Assembly (NCBI GenBank): GCA_039810005.1
Contig: JBDHWD010000003.1
Span: forward strand, 3,078 to 67,077
From: Thermomicrobiales bacterium
GTDB lineage: Bacteria; Chloroflexota; Chloroflexia; Thermomicrobiales; CFX8
Direction of reading: 5' to 3'
Length of the DNA: 64,000 nucleotides
Below the pieces are notes generated by a model that made no database searches, was not told where the DNA came from, and was given only the letters and a program-made list of their open reading frames with translations. The position numbers were made by a program, and so were the translations under genes. Of this stretch, positions 43,309-52,158 are shown piece by piece (position 1 is the stretch's first letter; every line of letters begins with the position of its first letter).

Positions 43309-45411
43309 CTAGACGAGGTTCGCGTCAGCATCACGGATGATGCCGGCCAGCTCCTTAAGCGTCGGGGCGAGCTGCACGTAACTGTATGGCGCCCCGGCAT
43401 ACCACGGGCCAATCTGACCTGCGACAACCGCCGGCAGCGATGTCCACGTCCCGATCGATTTCAGCGTATCCAGCTGATCGATGACCCGGGCATCAACGAG
43501 GATCAGGTCGGCAGGATATCTGTTTGCCTGCTCCCAGCTCAGGATCTCCCAGAAGTCGTCGGTCTCCGGCTTGACCAGGTCCAGCCCGAGCTCACGCCAG
43601 TACCACAGGTCAATCATGTAATCCGGCGAGGCGACGTAAATCTCCTCGGGCGTGGGTGACACGACGATCACCTTGAGCCCGGGGTTCGAGGCAATAGCGT
43701 CCTTCAGCTCAGCCTCGGCGCTGTCGAACTCGGCCTTGATGGCAACCTGCTCCGACGAGTTGAGATCGACGCCGAGCGATTCGACGAAACCCTCGAAACG
43801 CTCGATCTGCTTCACCACCGAAAGCCCGTACATCGAGAAGCCGAGCGTCGGCATGATCTCCTCGACCTGCTTCTGCTCATCCTCAGACAGATACCAGAGC
43901 GCCTTCCCATCCCAGGTCAGGTCGACGTAGAGGTCAGGCTTGAGGGCGATCAGCTTCTCCATGTCGAGCGTGCCGTAGTCGCCGACGTATTCGACCGCAT
44001 CGAAATCGATGGCACCTGCCTGAAAGTCGGTCGGGCCGTAGACACCCACCGGCTTCACACCGAAGTCCCATAGCACGGCAGCCGACGTCGTCTGCGCAAC
44101 AATGCGCTTTGGAGCCTCGGGCAGCGATACGGTGACACCACGGTCGTCGGTGAATGACCAGGCACCGGCCGTCGATCCGCTCGCGCCGGAGCCGGTGTCG
44201 AAGCCGACCAGCGTCTCCTCGATGTCATTCATGATCAGCTCGGCGGCGCGGTAGCCGATGCCCGCCATCCAGACGTCATCGCTGACCACCATGAAGTGGC
44301 CGGCCTTGACGGCATCGAGGCTCGTCCAGAGCGGGCTCGTCAGCATCTTCTGTGCGAACTCGTCCTGCTCGCCTGCATACGGGCTGACGTAGATGAAGTC
44401 CGCCGGTGCTGACGCGCCGATCGTTTCGAGGCTCTGATTCATGAGCGCGAAATCGTCGACATTCTGCGACTCCGGCCGTGGGAGTCCGAGATCGGTCAGC
44501 AGCGTGCCGCTGTAGTTGGCCCGCTGGTAGTAGCGAAGGTTGTCCGCCAGGACGCGAACGATCGAGACGGTTGGACGCGGGTCAGGCAGCTTGGCATTGA
44601 GATCGCGGACGCGCGCCTCGTACTTCTCGATGACCTTCGCGCCTTCTTCTTCGCGACCGAGAGCGACGGCGTGGAGCGCGAAGTTCTGCTTCCAGACGAC
44701 ACCAGTACGGACGCCGAATACGGTTGGCGCGATGGCGGCCAGTGTGTCGTAGATCGCCTCGTGGCGAATGTTGCTGGAGAGGATCAGGTCCGGCTTGAGC
44801 GCGGCAATCGCCTCAATATCAGGTTCGCTCAGCTGTCCAAGATGGGTCGCACCGTTGTATGGCTCCTTGAGATACTCCGGCAGAAACTCGACCTCGTAGG
44901 TAAGCGTGCCGACCGGATTCAGGCCCAGGTTGACAACCGAATCGAACTCGCCGCTATCCAGCACGACAACCCGTTCTGGCCTGGCGGGAATCTCCGTCTC
45001 GCCGTTGGCGTGGCGCACGACGCGCGGGAACACGCCGGGAGCGGCGTCCGTGCCGAAGTCGTCATACTCTGCTGCGGCAGCGGCCTGCGCCACGACACCT
45101 TCGGCAGTCGAGACCTTCGCCTCTGGAACGGGTGGGGCGCCCAGCTCTTCCGGCGGCAGTGGGATCAGACGGAATGTCGTCGCCGTTCCGGCGCTGGTCG
45201 GCGACGCGCCGGCCGCTGGAGACGCCGTATCGTCGGAGACAGTTGGCTCGGCAGGGGCAGTCGTCGCCGTCGCCGGCGAGCTGGACTCGTCGTCGCCACC
45301 GCACGCTGCCAGACCGGCAGCAATCAGCAAGCCACCCGGGATTGCCGCCAGCAGCGTACGGCGACTGAATCTCCTTCCGCCCACGAACAAGGCTGTTTCC
45401 TTCTCACTCAT
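43309..45411 (-). CDS. Tat-signal lipoprotein with two tandem siderophore-type (Peripla_BP_2 / FecB-like) substrate-binding domains
   Basis: ORF track 43309..45453. ATG 45411 gives MSEKETALFVGGRRFSRRTLLAAIPGGLLIAAGLAAC (twin-Arg plus lipobox). Domain 1 starts PERVVVLDSGEFDSVVNLGLNPVG ... LKPDLILSS. Domain 2 starts PKRIVAQTTSAAVLWDFGVKPVG ... LKPDLYVDL. Confidence 0.8.
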   Translation of the reverse strand: MSEKETALFVGGRRFSRRTLLAAIPGGLLIAAGLAACGGDDESSSPATATTAPAEPTVSDDTASPAAGASPTSAGTATTFRLIPLPPEELGAPPVPEAKVSTAEGVVAQAAAAAEYDDFGTDAAPGVFPRVVRHANGETEIPARPERVVVLDSGEFDSVVNLGLNPVGTLTYEVEFLPEYLKEPYNGATHLGQLSEPDIEAIAALKPDLILSSNIRHEAIYDTLAAIAPTVFGVRTGVVWKQNFALHAVALGREEEGAKVIEKYEARVRDLNAKLPDPRPTVSIVRVLADNLRYYQRANYSGTLLTDLGLPRPESQNVDDFALMNQSLETIGASAPADFIYVSPYAGEQDEFAQKMLTSPLWTSLDAVKAGHFMVVSDDVWMAGIGYRAAELIMNDIEETLVGFDTGSGASGSTAGAWSFTDDRGVTVSLPEAPKRIVAQTTSAAVLWDFGVKPVGVYGPTDFQAGAIDFDAVEYVGDYGTLDMEKLIALKPDLYVDLTWDGKALWYLSEDEQKQVEEIMPTLGFSMYGLSVVKQIERFEGFVESLGVDLNSSEQVAIKAEFDSAEAELKDAIASNPGLKVIVVSPTPEEIYVASPDYMIDLWYWRELGLDLVKPETDDFWEILSWEQANRYPADLILVDARVIDQLDTLKSIGTWTSLPAVVAGQIGPWYAGAPYSYVQLAPTLKELAGIIRDADANLV

Positions 45412-45661
45412 CCGGTTCTCAACATCCCTCTCGTTGCCACGCCCGGCGGGCACGGTTCTGCACGACCGAATTTATACCCGAGTAATATAGTCTGAATTAA
45501 CGGGATTTACCAAGGCAGGTCGCGACAGCCCTGAAGAAGCGTCGTCCGAACACGTTGCGCTGCGCCGCGCGTTCGGCATATCATAGCCGAGTAGCGCACT
45601 CGGGATTGGGCATCAGTCCGGGGAGACGACCCTGGAGCAGCTAGCGGGGGCCGGGAAGCGG

Positions 45662-46708
45662 ATGCAGAGTGTACAACCAGCTCAGCCACTAGCGCGCGTT
45701 GAAGGCGCTGGCGTCGCCTGGCGCAGTCTTGGCCTGTTGTTCGGCCTGGCGGCCGTCATTGTGGTTGGCCTGCTCAGCCTGCGTATCGGCTCGATCGACA
45801 TCAGCACCCGCGATGCCTGGGACGCGCTCTTCAATTACAACAGCGACATCTACAACCAGACTGTCGTGCGGACACTGCGCCTGCCCCGGACGGTGATTGC
45901 GCTGGCAGTCGGGGCCGCCCTTGCCATCGCCGGGACAACGATGCAGGGTGTCACGCGCAACCCACTCGCCGATCCGTCAATCCTCGGTGTCAGCAGCGGC
46001 GCGACCTTCGCCGTAGTCACCGTCACCTATTACCTGCACCTGAGTGCGCCATCGCAATACGTCTGGTTCGCGTTCGCCGGGGCGCTGGCGGCGTCGCTGC
46101 TCGTCTTCGCGATCGGCTCGACCGGGAATGATGGTGCATCGCCGATCAAGCTGGCGCTAGCTGGTGTCGTTCTATCGGCGTTCCTCGGCTCGTGGACGAG
46201 CGCGCTGCTCCTGCTCGATGAGAACACGCTGGACACCGTTCGATTCTGGCTGGCCGGATCGGTCGTTGGCCGCGACCTCAGCACATTCTGGACGCTGTCG
46301 CCGTTCCTGATCGGCGGCAGCGTCGTGCTGCTATTCCTCGGTCACCAGCTGAATGTGCTGGATCTCGGCGAAGACTCGGCTCGCGCGCTCGGCATGCAGA
46401 CCGGCCGTATCCGGCTGATCTGCTCCGTCCTCGTCGTCATCGTCGTCGGGTCGGCTGTGTCGATTGCCGGGCCGATCGCGTTCGTTGGCCTTGCCACGCC
46501 GCACATCGTTCGCTCGATCATTGGCCCGGACTACCGCTGGGTCCTTCCATATTCAGCGCTCGCTGGCGCGCTGCTTCTGACCGTGGCGGACATCAGCGGC
46601 CGCGTCCTGCTCCGACCGGCTGAGATTCAGGTCGGGATCATGACGGCCCTGGTTGGTGCGCCGTTCCTCATCTATCTGGCGCGCCGCACAGTCATGGAGC
46701 GTGGCTGA
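45662..46708 (+). CDS. FecCD-family iron-chelate ABC permease
   Basis: Typical FecCD pattern: LRLPRTVIALAVGAALAIAGTTMQGVTRNPLADPSILGVSSGA ... GPIAFVGLATPHIVR. Confidence 0.85.
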   Translation: MQSVQPAQPLARVEGAGVAWRSLGLLFGLAAVIVVGLLSLRIGSIDISTRDAWDALFNYNSDIYNQTVVRTLRLPRTVIALAVGAALAIAGTTMQGVTRNPLADPSILGVSSGATFAVVTVTYYLHLSAPSQYVWFAFAGALAASLLVFAIGSTGNDGASPIKLALAGVVLSAFLGSWTSALLLLDENTLDTVRFWLAGSVVGRDLSTFWTLSPFLIGGSVVLLFLGHQLNVLDLGEDSARALGMQTGRIRLICSVLVVIVVGSAVSIAGPIAFVGLATPHIVRSIIGPDYRWVLPYSALAGALLLTVADISGRVLLRPAEIQVGIMTALVGAPFLIYLARRTVMERG

Positions 46709-47775
46709 TGGATGGATTGAACCTGAGCCAGCCTGTCACGCCAGTCCCCCGCGCTCGGCATCGCGTCATTCGCACGCGGTACTTCTCGGCACGCTTCAAC
46801 GGCCGAGTGCTCCTCATGGCGGGACTCACGCTCATGCTACTGACGGTTGTCGCGGTCTGGGCGATGACGCTGGGCAGCTATCACATCGCCTTTCTGGACG
46901 TGGTGAAAGCGGCCATTGGCGACGGTTCACCGGACCAGGAGCTGATCGTCCGCAATCTGCGCCTGCCGCGCGTCGTCTCAGCGATGTTCATTGGCGCGAG
47001 CCTGGCCATGTCGGGCGCGATTTTCCAGGGATTGGTGCGCAACGCGCTGGTCTCGCCCGACATCATCGGCATTGAGACGGGCGCGGCGCTGGCTGCCGTC
47101 TTCTGGATCGTCACCAGCCAGGTGCAGGCGCTGCTGCCATTCGCCGCATTTGTCGGTGCCATCGTCACCGCGACGCTGATTTACGTGCTCTCCTGGAAGG
47201 GCGGCATCTCGCCGTCGCGGCTGATTCTGGTCGGCATTGGCGTTGGCGCGACGCTCAACGCCGCCATTACGCTGATGATCGTCCGCTTCCCGATTGAGAT
47301 CGTGCGTCCGGCAGTCGTCTGGCAGATGGGGTCGCTCTACGGGAGCACCTGGAGCGACGTTCGCATGCTCGCGATCGGCTTCGCGATTCTCACGCCGGTT
47401 GCGATTGTGCTGACGTGGCCGCTACGCACGATGCAGCTTGGCGACGATGTGACGCGCGGCCTCGGCATGCCGCTGGAGCGCACGCGCCTCGGTCTTATCG
47501 TCGTCGGTTGTGGCCTGTGCGCAATAGCGACGGCGCTGGCCGGCCCGATCGGCTTCGTCGCCCTGATGGTCCCCCACATGGCCCGCATGATTGCCGGCCC
47601 TCTGTCGGGCAGCGTCATGGCGTTCTCGGCTGTGCTTGGCGCCTGCTTCCTGCTGGTCGCCGACATCATTGCGCAGCACTTTCTCCCGGTTGCATTGCCG
47701 ACCGGCGTCGTGACCGCCGCCGTCGGCGCGCCGTATTTCCTGCTGTTGCTGTATCGGTACAACACACGGATTTAG
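46708..47775 (+). CDS. FecCD-family iron-chelate ABC permease (second subunit)
   Basis: LRLPRVVSAMFIGASLAMSGAIFQGLVRNALVSPDIIGIETGA ... GPIGFVALMVPHMAR. Start overlaps the upstream stop. Confidence 0.85.
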   Translation: MDGLNLSQPVTPVPRARHRVIRTRYFSARFNGRVLLMAGLTLMLLTVVAVWAMTLGSYHIAFLDVVKAAIGDGSPDQELIVRNLRLPRVVSAMFIGASLAMSGAIFQGLVRNALVSPDIIGIETGAALAAVFWIVTSQVQALLPFAAFVGAIVTATLIYVLSWKGGISPSRLILVGIGVGATLNAAITLMIVRFPIEIVRPAVVWQMGSLYGSTWSDVRMLAIGFAILTPVAIVLTWPLRTMQLGDDVTRGLGMPLERTRLGLIVVGCGLCAIATALAGPIGFVALMVPHMARMIAGPLSGSVMAFSAVLGACFLLVADIIAQHFLPVALPTGVVTAAVGAPYFLLLLYRYNTRI

Positions 47776-49419
47776 GTGGGTATGGACACGCTACGATCTG
47801 AAAATATTACGCTGTCGTATGGTGCCAATCCGGTCGTGATCAACCTCTCGACCGGCATTCGCAAGGGCGAGATCACGACGATTCTCGGGCCAAACGGATG
47901 CGGCAAATCGACGCTGCTGCGCGCGCTCGCCCGCCTGATGCGCCCGGACGGTGGATCGATTCTGCTCGATGGCCAGGAGATTCATCGCCTGCCGACCCGC
48001 GAAGTCGCCAAGCGCATGGGTCTGATGCAGCAGCAGCCGATCCCGCCGGACGGCATCACGGTCGAGAATCTCGTCCGCCGCGGTCGCTACCCGCACCAGG
48101 GATTCCTCCAGCCGCCGTCGCAGCAGGACACCGACGCGGTTGAGAACGCATTGCGACTGACCGGCATCGAGGATATCCGCGACCGATCGATCGATCAGCT
48201 CTCCGGCGGCCAGCGCCAGCGCGCCTGGATGGCAATGGCGATCGCACAGGAGACGCCGCTACTGCTGCTCGATGAGCCGACCACTTACCTCGACATCCGC
48301 CACCAGATGGAGATCCTGGAGCTCGTGCAGCGGCTGAACCGCGAGGCCGAGCGTACCATCGTCATGGTGCTGCACGACGTGAACGAGGCTGCCCGGATCA
48401 GCGATCGCATCATTGCGCTGCGTGACGGCCAGATCCTGTGCGACGGCGCGCCGGCGGACGTCCTCGACGCGCCAATGCTCTCCAGCCTCTACGGCATTGA
48501 GTGCGACGTGTTCACGCACCCGCTCACCGGCGCGCCATTCTGCCTGCCACAGAGCGCTGTCGTGGACGACTCCGCGCCACCTGCTCTGCAGCCTGAGGCG
48601 ACCGGCTTCGACATCCGCTCGATCCGCACCGGCTACGGAAAGCGCATCGTTCTGGATGACATCTCACTGTCACTGCCTCCCGGCAAGATCACGGCGATCA
48701 TCGGGCCCAACGCCTGCGGAAAGTCGACGCTGCTGCGCACCTGCAGCCGCCTGCTGAAAGCGAACAAGGGCGAGGTCCAGCTCGACGGCTGCGACATCTG
48801 CCGCGGGTCGCACCGCAAGTTCGCTCGCAAGTGCGCCCTGCTTACCCAGGGGCCAACGCCGCCGGCCGGGTTCCTCGTCGAGGACCTCGTCTCGGCCGGC
48901 CGCGCGCCGTATCAGTCGATCTTCCATCAGTGGCGACCGGACGATGAGCGCGCTGTCGAGGCTGCTCTGGAGCGCTGCGCCATCGGCGCACTGCGCGATC
49001 GCGACATCGATACGCTGTCCGGTGGCCAGCGTCAGCGCGCCTGGATGGCACTTGCGCTGGCGCAGGACACGCCAGTGATGCTGCTCGACGAGCCGACGAC
49101 GTTCCTCGACATCGCCGCGCAGATCGAGCTGCTGGACCTTGCCTGGGCGCTGAATCGGCAGGAAGGCCGCACGATCGTCGTCATCCTCCACGATCTGAAC
49201 ATGGCTGCCCGCTATGCCGACCTTGTTGTCGCGCTGAAGGACGGACGCGTTGTCTCCAGCGGCACGCCGGACGAAGTCATGACGACCGAGACCGTCCGCG
49301 AGATCTTCGGCATCGAGTCAACGATCATCACCGACCCGCTAACTGCGCGACCGCTGGTCATGCCCTACTCGGTCACCGGCTCGGACACGCCGGCCGTCGA
49401 AGAACTGCTTGTCAGCTAA
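47776..49419 (+). CDS. Fused double-NBD ABC ATPase (two FecE/FhuC-like domains in one 547-aa chain)
   Basis: Two complete motif sets. Set 1: GPNGCGKSTLL / LSGGQRQRAWMAMAIAQETPLLLLDEPT. Set 2: GPNACGKSTLL / LSGGQRQRAWMALALAQDTPVMLLDEPT. Confidence 0.85.
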   Translation: MGMDTLRSENITLSYGANPVVINLSTGIRKGEITTILGPNGCGKSTLLRALARLMRPDGGSILLDGQEIHRLPTREVAKRMGLMQQQPIPPDGITVENLVRRGRYPHQGFLQPPSQQDTDAVENALRLTGIEDIRDRSIDQLSGGQRQRAWMAMAIAQETPLLLLDEPTTYLDIRHQMEILELVQRLNREAERTIVMVLHDVNEAARISDRIIALRDGQILCDGAPADVLDAPMLSSLYGIECDVFTHPLTGAPFCLPQSAVVDDSAPPALQPEATGFDIRSIRTGYGKRIVLDDISLSLPPGKITAIIGPNACGKSTLLRTCSRLLKANKGEVQLDGCDICRGSHRKFARKCALLTQGPTPPAGFLVEDLVSAGRAPYQSIFHQWRPDDERAVEAALERCAIGALRDRDIDTLSGGQRQRAWMALALAQDTPVMLLDEPTTFLDIAAQIELLDLAWALNRQEGRTIVVILHDLNMAARYADLVVALKDGRVVSSGTPDEVMTTETVREIFGIESTIITDPLTARPLVMPYSVTGSDTPAVEELLVS

Positions 49420-49453
49420 TCAGAAGCCAGCACGCACACGGGAAGGCGAAGCC

Positions 49454-50293
49454 GTGCAGACCATCGGAAATGAACTCACTCGCTCGCCGATTGAGGAGAC
49501 GCTTGCCAGAGCTGCGGCAACGGTGCCGTACTTCTCAGCGAGCTTTGGCGAGCCGACCCACGGCATGGTCCGCGCAGGCAACGTGATCAACGATCCGGCG
49601 ATGGTCACGCAATACCTCGATTACGTCGAGTCGGCCTACAAAATGGGCGACGGCTATCGCCAAATCGCGGCCAGCTTCCTCGTGCTGGGCTACTTCTGGC
49701 CGCCAATGCTCGGCGCGGCCGCCTGCATGCTGCTCGAACGTCGCGTGCCCGACCTCAGCACGTCGAACGTCTGGCTGAACATCAACGGCTACGGCGTGCG
49801 CTTTTCGTCACCACGCTTCTACGCGCTGCCGGATGACCCCGACGCAGCGCACCCGGATGCAACGGTCGTGCCTGACATCGGTGCGCTGCGCGACTACATC
49901 GCAGCGACGTTCACAGACGGCCACGCCGAGCCTCTGTTCGCGACGTTGCGATCCGTCGCTCCCTACGGCCTGAACGGCATGCGCGCGAATTATGTCGATC
50001 GCATGGTGTCGGCGCTGATCTGGATGAGCGATGTCATCGGCGATCCAGCGGTTGCCGAAACTGAGGTTCCGGCGTTCGTCAGCCGGATGACCGACAAACG
50101 TCGCGCTGGAGTTATTCAGGTTGAGCACCGCGCCAAGCCGCGCATGCTGCAAATCCGCTCCGGCTGCTGCCTGAACTACCGGCTCCCCGGCCGCGAGAAG
50201 TGCGAGACATGCAGTCTACTCTCAATGGACGAGCGCATCGCACGCTTCTGCGCATCGCTCGATCAGCAAGAGGCAGCCTCCGTCGCCGACTGA
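49454..50293 (+). CDS. FhuF-like ferric-siderophore reductase (C-terminal 2Fe-2S Cys motif)
   Basis: ORF track 49409..50293. GTG 49454 follows GGAAGG. C-terminal CCLNYRLPGREKCETCSL matches the FhuF_C C-C-x10-C-x2-C motif. Confidence 0.65.
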   Translation: MQTIGNELTRSPIEETLARAAATVPYFSASFGEPTHGMVRAGNVINDPAMVTQYLDYVESAYKMGDGYRQIAASFLVLGYFWPPMLGAAACMLLERRVPDLSTSNVWLNINGYGVRFSSPRFYALPDDPDAAHPDATVVPDIGALRDYIAATFTDGHAEPLFATLRSVAPYGLNGMRANYVDRMVSALIWMSDVIGDPAVAETEVPAFVSRMTDKRRAGVIQVEHRAKPRMLQIRSGCCLNYRLPGREKCETCSLLSMDERIARFCASLDQQEAASVAD

Positions 50294-50578
50294 TACCCGG
50301 AGTCGATCGTCCGAGCCACAGAGTCGCACATTCTTTCGCTGTAGCCTCTGCCCTCTCCTGTCCTTTCCTGGCGGGAGTGACCGCCCAGTGGGGCGTTTCT
50401 TCACGTCCCAGTTCAACGGCCCATCGCACCAGACTCGGAACGACAGATACAAGCCCTTTCCCCTGTCTCGCCAGGCAGGCTACTGCGCCTGAGCGTCGCT
50501 CGACGATGCGCATCGACGACAGCGTCCATGTCGTTTCCAAAGCATCAACCCACGTAGCGAAGAAAACACAGGAACTTC

Positions 50579-50608
50579 TTGACATACTGTGTATAGCGGG
50601 CGTATTGT
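50579..50608 (+). promoter_or_regulatory. Sigma-70-like promoter TTGACA-18-TATTGT with embedded palindrome ATACtgtGTAT
   Basis: TTGACA 50579-50584; TATTGT 50603-50608. Palindrome at 50584-50594 lies in the spacer. About 320 nt upstream of the next credible start (50931). Confidence 0.45.
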
Positions 50609-50930
50609 GAATCTGCCACCGGAAGTCAGCGACTGAGCTCGCTCGACCTTGCCGGGACGGTGCGCAGCGACTTCCCAGCGCCAGCACCGCCGACCGCTTC
50701 CTGCGGCCTAGCGGCAGCGCTACCGCGGGGACGTCTTGAATAGAAGGGCGGTATAGCGGGCACCGAGGGTAGCGGCGATTCGCGCGGATGCAGGGGGTAT
50801 CCACCGAGGCGAGAGAACGCCGGCCGAATCCGGCCAGCAGTCCCCGATCTGGAAACAGCCGCCTTCGCCGAATCCAGGCAATAGAACGTCAACGTGGTTG
50901 GAATCAGCGCTATCGAAAGGACGCACCATC

Positions 50931-51470
50931 GTGAGACATGTTGCACTTCTTCTGGGCATTGGCCTTTTGACACTTCTGCTGGTGTCGCCGGCTGCTGCGG
51001 CGGATGGCGATCAGCTACAGGTGCCGTTTGCCGCGCAGAACGACTCCGGCATCACCGGAACGGCGACGTTCGTCGAGCAGTCCGGCAAGACAACGGTCAC
51101 CGTCGATCTGATCGGCGCATCTACTGATGTCGAACATCCTTCTCACATTCATGTCGGTACCTGCGACAATCTCGACCCGGCACCCACCTATCCGCTCAAC
51201 AACATCGTTGATGGCCACTCTGAGACCGTGATCGACGCGACGTTGGCGACGCTGCTCGCCTCGCCGTTCGCCGTCAACGTCCACAAGTCGGCTGAAGAGA
51301 TCACGACCTACGTTGCCTGCGCCGACATCGTTGCCAGCACGAGCGGGCACGTAATGCCGAACACTGGCGGCGGCCAGGGAAGTGACACCCTCCCGTTGGC
51401 TGCCATCGCCGGTCTGGCGCTGATCGCGCTCGGCGGCGGTCTGTTCGTTGTTCGCCAGCGTATGGCCTGA
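50931..51470 (+). CDS. Secreted Cu/Zn-SOD-like (or CHRD-like) domain protein with C-terminal MPNTG sortase sorting signal
   Basis: ORF track 50898..51470. GTG 50931 follows AAAGGA. Signal peptide RHVALLLGIGLLTLLLVSPAAAA. Core GITGTATFVEQSGKTTVTVDLIG...HPSHIHVGTC. C-terminus MPNTG + GQGSDTLPLAAIAGLALIALGGGLFVV + RQR. Confidence 0.65.
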   Translation: MRHVALLLGIGLLTLLLVSPAAAADGDQLQVPFAAQNDSGITGTATFVEQSGKTTVTVDLIGASTDVEHPSHIHVGTCDNLDPAPTYPLNNIVDGHSETVIDATLATLLASPFAVNVHKSAEEITTYVACADIVASTSGHVMPNTGGGQGSDTLPLAAIAGLALIALGGGLFVVRQRMA

Positions 51471-51494
51471 CAGCTGTTCAGTCACTAACGACAA

Positions 51495-51528
51495 CGTGCC
51501 GCGCCCGACAACTGCCGAGCGCGGCACG
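51495..51528 (+). other. Perfect 10-bp hairpin between the SOD-like and cupredoxin genes
   Basis: CGTGCCGCGC (14-nt loop) GCGCGGCACG. No U-tract; possible partial terminator or mRNA processing/stability element. Confidence 0.35.
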
Positions 51529-51553
51529 CCGACCAGATGTGGAGACCTCGCTC

Positions 51554-52135
51554 ATGCGACCATTGAGGCACCCAAAACCCATACGCGTCGGAAAGGTTCT
51601 GACAGTTGCGCTGTGCATGGTGACGGTGATGGCACTCGTCGCCGCCTGTGGCGGCAGCTCAGACGACGGAGCGAGTGATGCGCCAACAGCAGTTCCATCG
51701 TCGACAATAGCGACCTCGCCCACGACAGCCCCCACTGCACCGCAAACTGCTGCGACGGTCGAACCAACAATGGATCACGCGACCATGTCTGAATATCCAT
51801 CTGAATACCCCGCCGCGCAATCCACATCTACGACCAGCGCGACGGCATCGACGGCGCCGGCAACCGCAACGACGTCGGATTCCAAGCAGGCTGAAGTACA
51901 GATCCTCGACTTTCGCTTCGAGCCGGCCGTTCTGGAGATCGATGCGGGCACAACGGTGACGTTCACAAACAAGGGCGTCGATCACACTGCGACCGCGAAA
52001 GACGATCCCTCCATCTTCGATTCCGGCATCCTGCATACCGGCGAGTCATTCACCGTCACCTTTGACACGCCCGGCATGATCGACTACTGGTGCCTGCTGC
52101 ACCCAAACATGCTCGGGATGATCATGGTGCATTAA
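51554..52135 (+). CDS. Type-1 copper (cupredoxin; plastocyanin/amicyanin-like) lipoprotein
   Basis: ORF track 51539..52135. ATG 51554 follows GGAG. Lipobox MALVAAC. Thr/Ala/Ser/Pro-rich low-complexity linker. Ligand pattern VDHTA ... YWCLLHPNMLGM (His, Cys, His, Met). Confidence 0.8.
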   Translation: MRPLRHPKPIRVGKVLTVALCMVTVMALVAACGGSSDDGASDAPTAVPSSTIATSPTTAPTAPQTAATVEPTMDHATMSEYPSEYPAAQSTSTTSATASTAPATATTSDSKQAEVQILDFRFEPAVLEIDAGTTVTFTNKGVDHTATAKDDPSIFDSGILHTGESFTVTFDTPGMIDYWCLLHPNMLGMIMVH

Positions 52136-52158
52136 TCAGGTCGATCGTGAGGTAGCGT

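Noticed and set aside
45412-45661. Fur box, IdeR/DtxR box or cobalamin riboswitch in the divergent promoter region of the siderophore-type ABC locus
   Set aside because: I could not find a 19-bp Fur (GATAATGATAATCATTATC-like) or IdeR (TTAGGTTAGGCTAACCTAA-like) match. AGTCCGGGGAGACGACC only loosely resembles a B12 box, and the other riboswitch elements are missing or out of order.
50112-50804. 230-aa minus-strand ORF spanning the gap after the FhuF-like gene
   Set aside because: It overlaps the FhuF-like 3' end. Its composition is dominated by Arg/Ser/Ala with no motif or RBS. The region is better explained as promoter plus leader of the downstream + strand operon.
50811-50856. Partial resemblance to a cobalamin-riboswitch core (GAGAAcgccGGccGAATCCggccAGCAGTCCCCGatCTGG)
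   Set aside because: No B12 box (AGCCAGGAGACCTGCC-like) or GCCACTG element follows. The downstream genes are copper/sortase related. The resemblance is too weak to call without Infernal.
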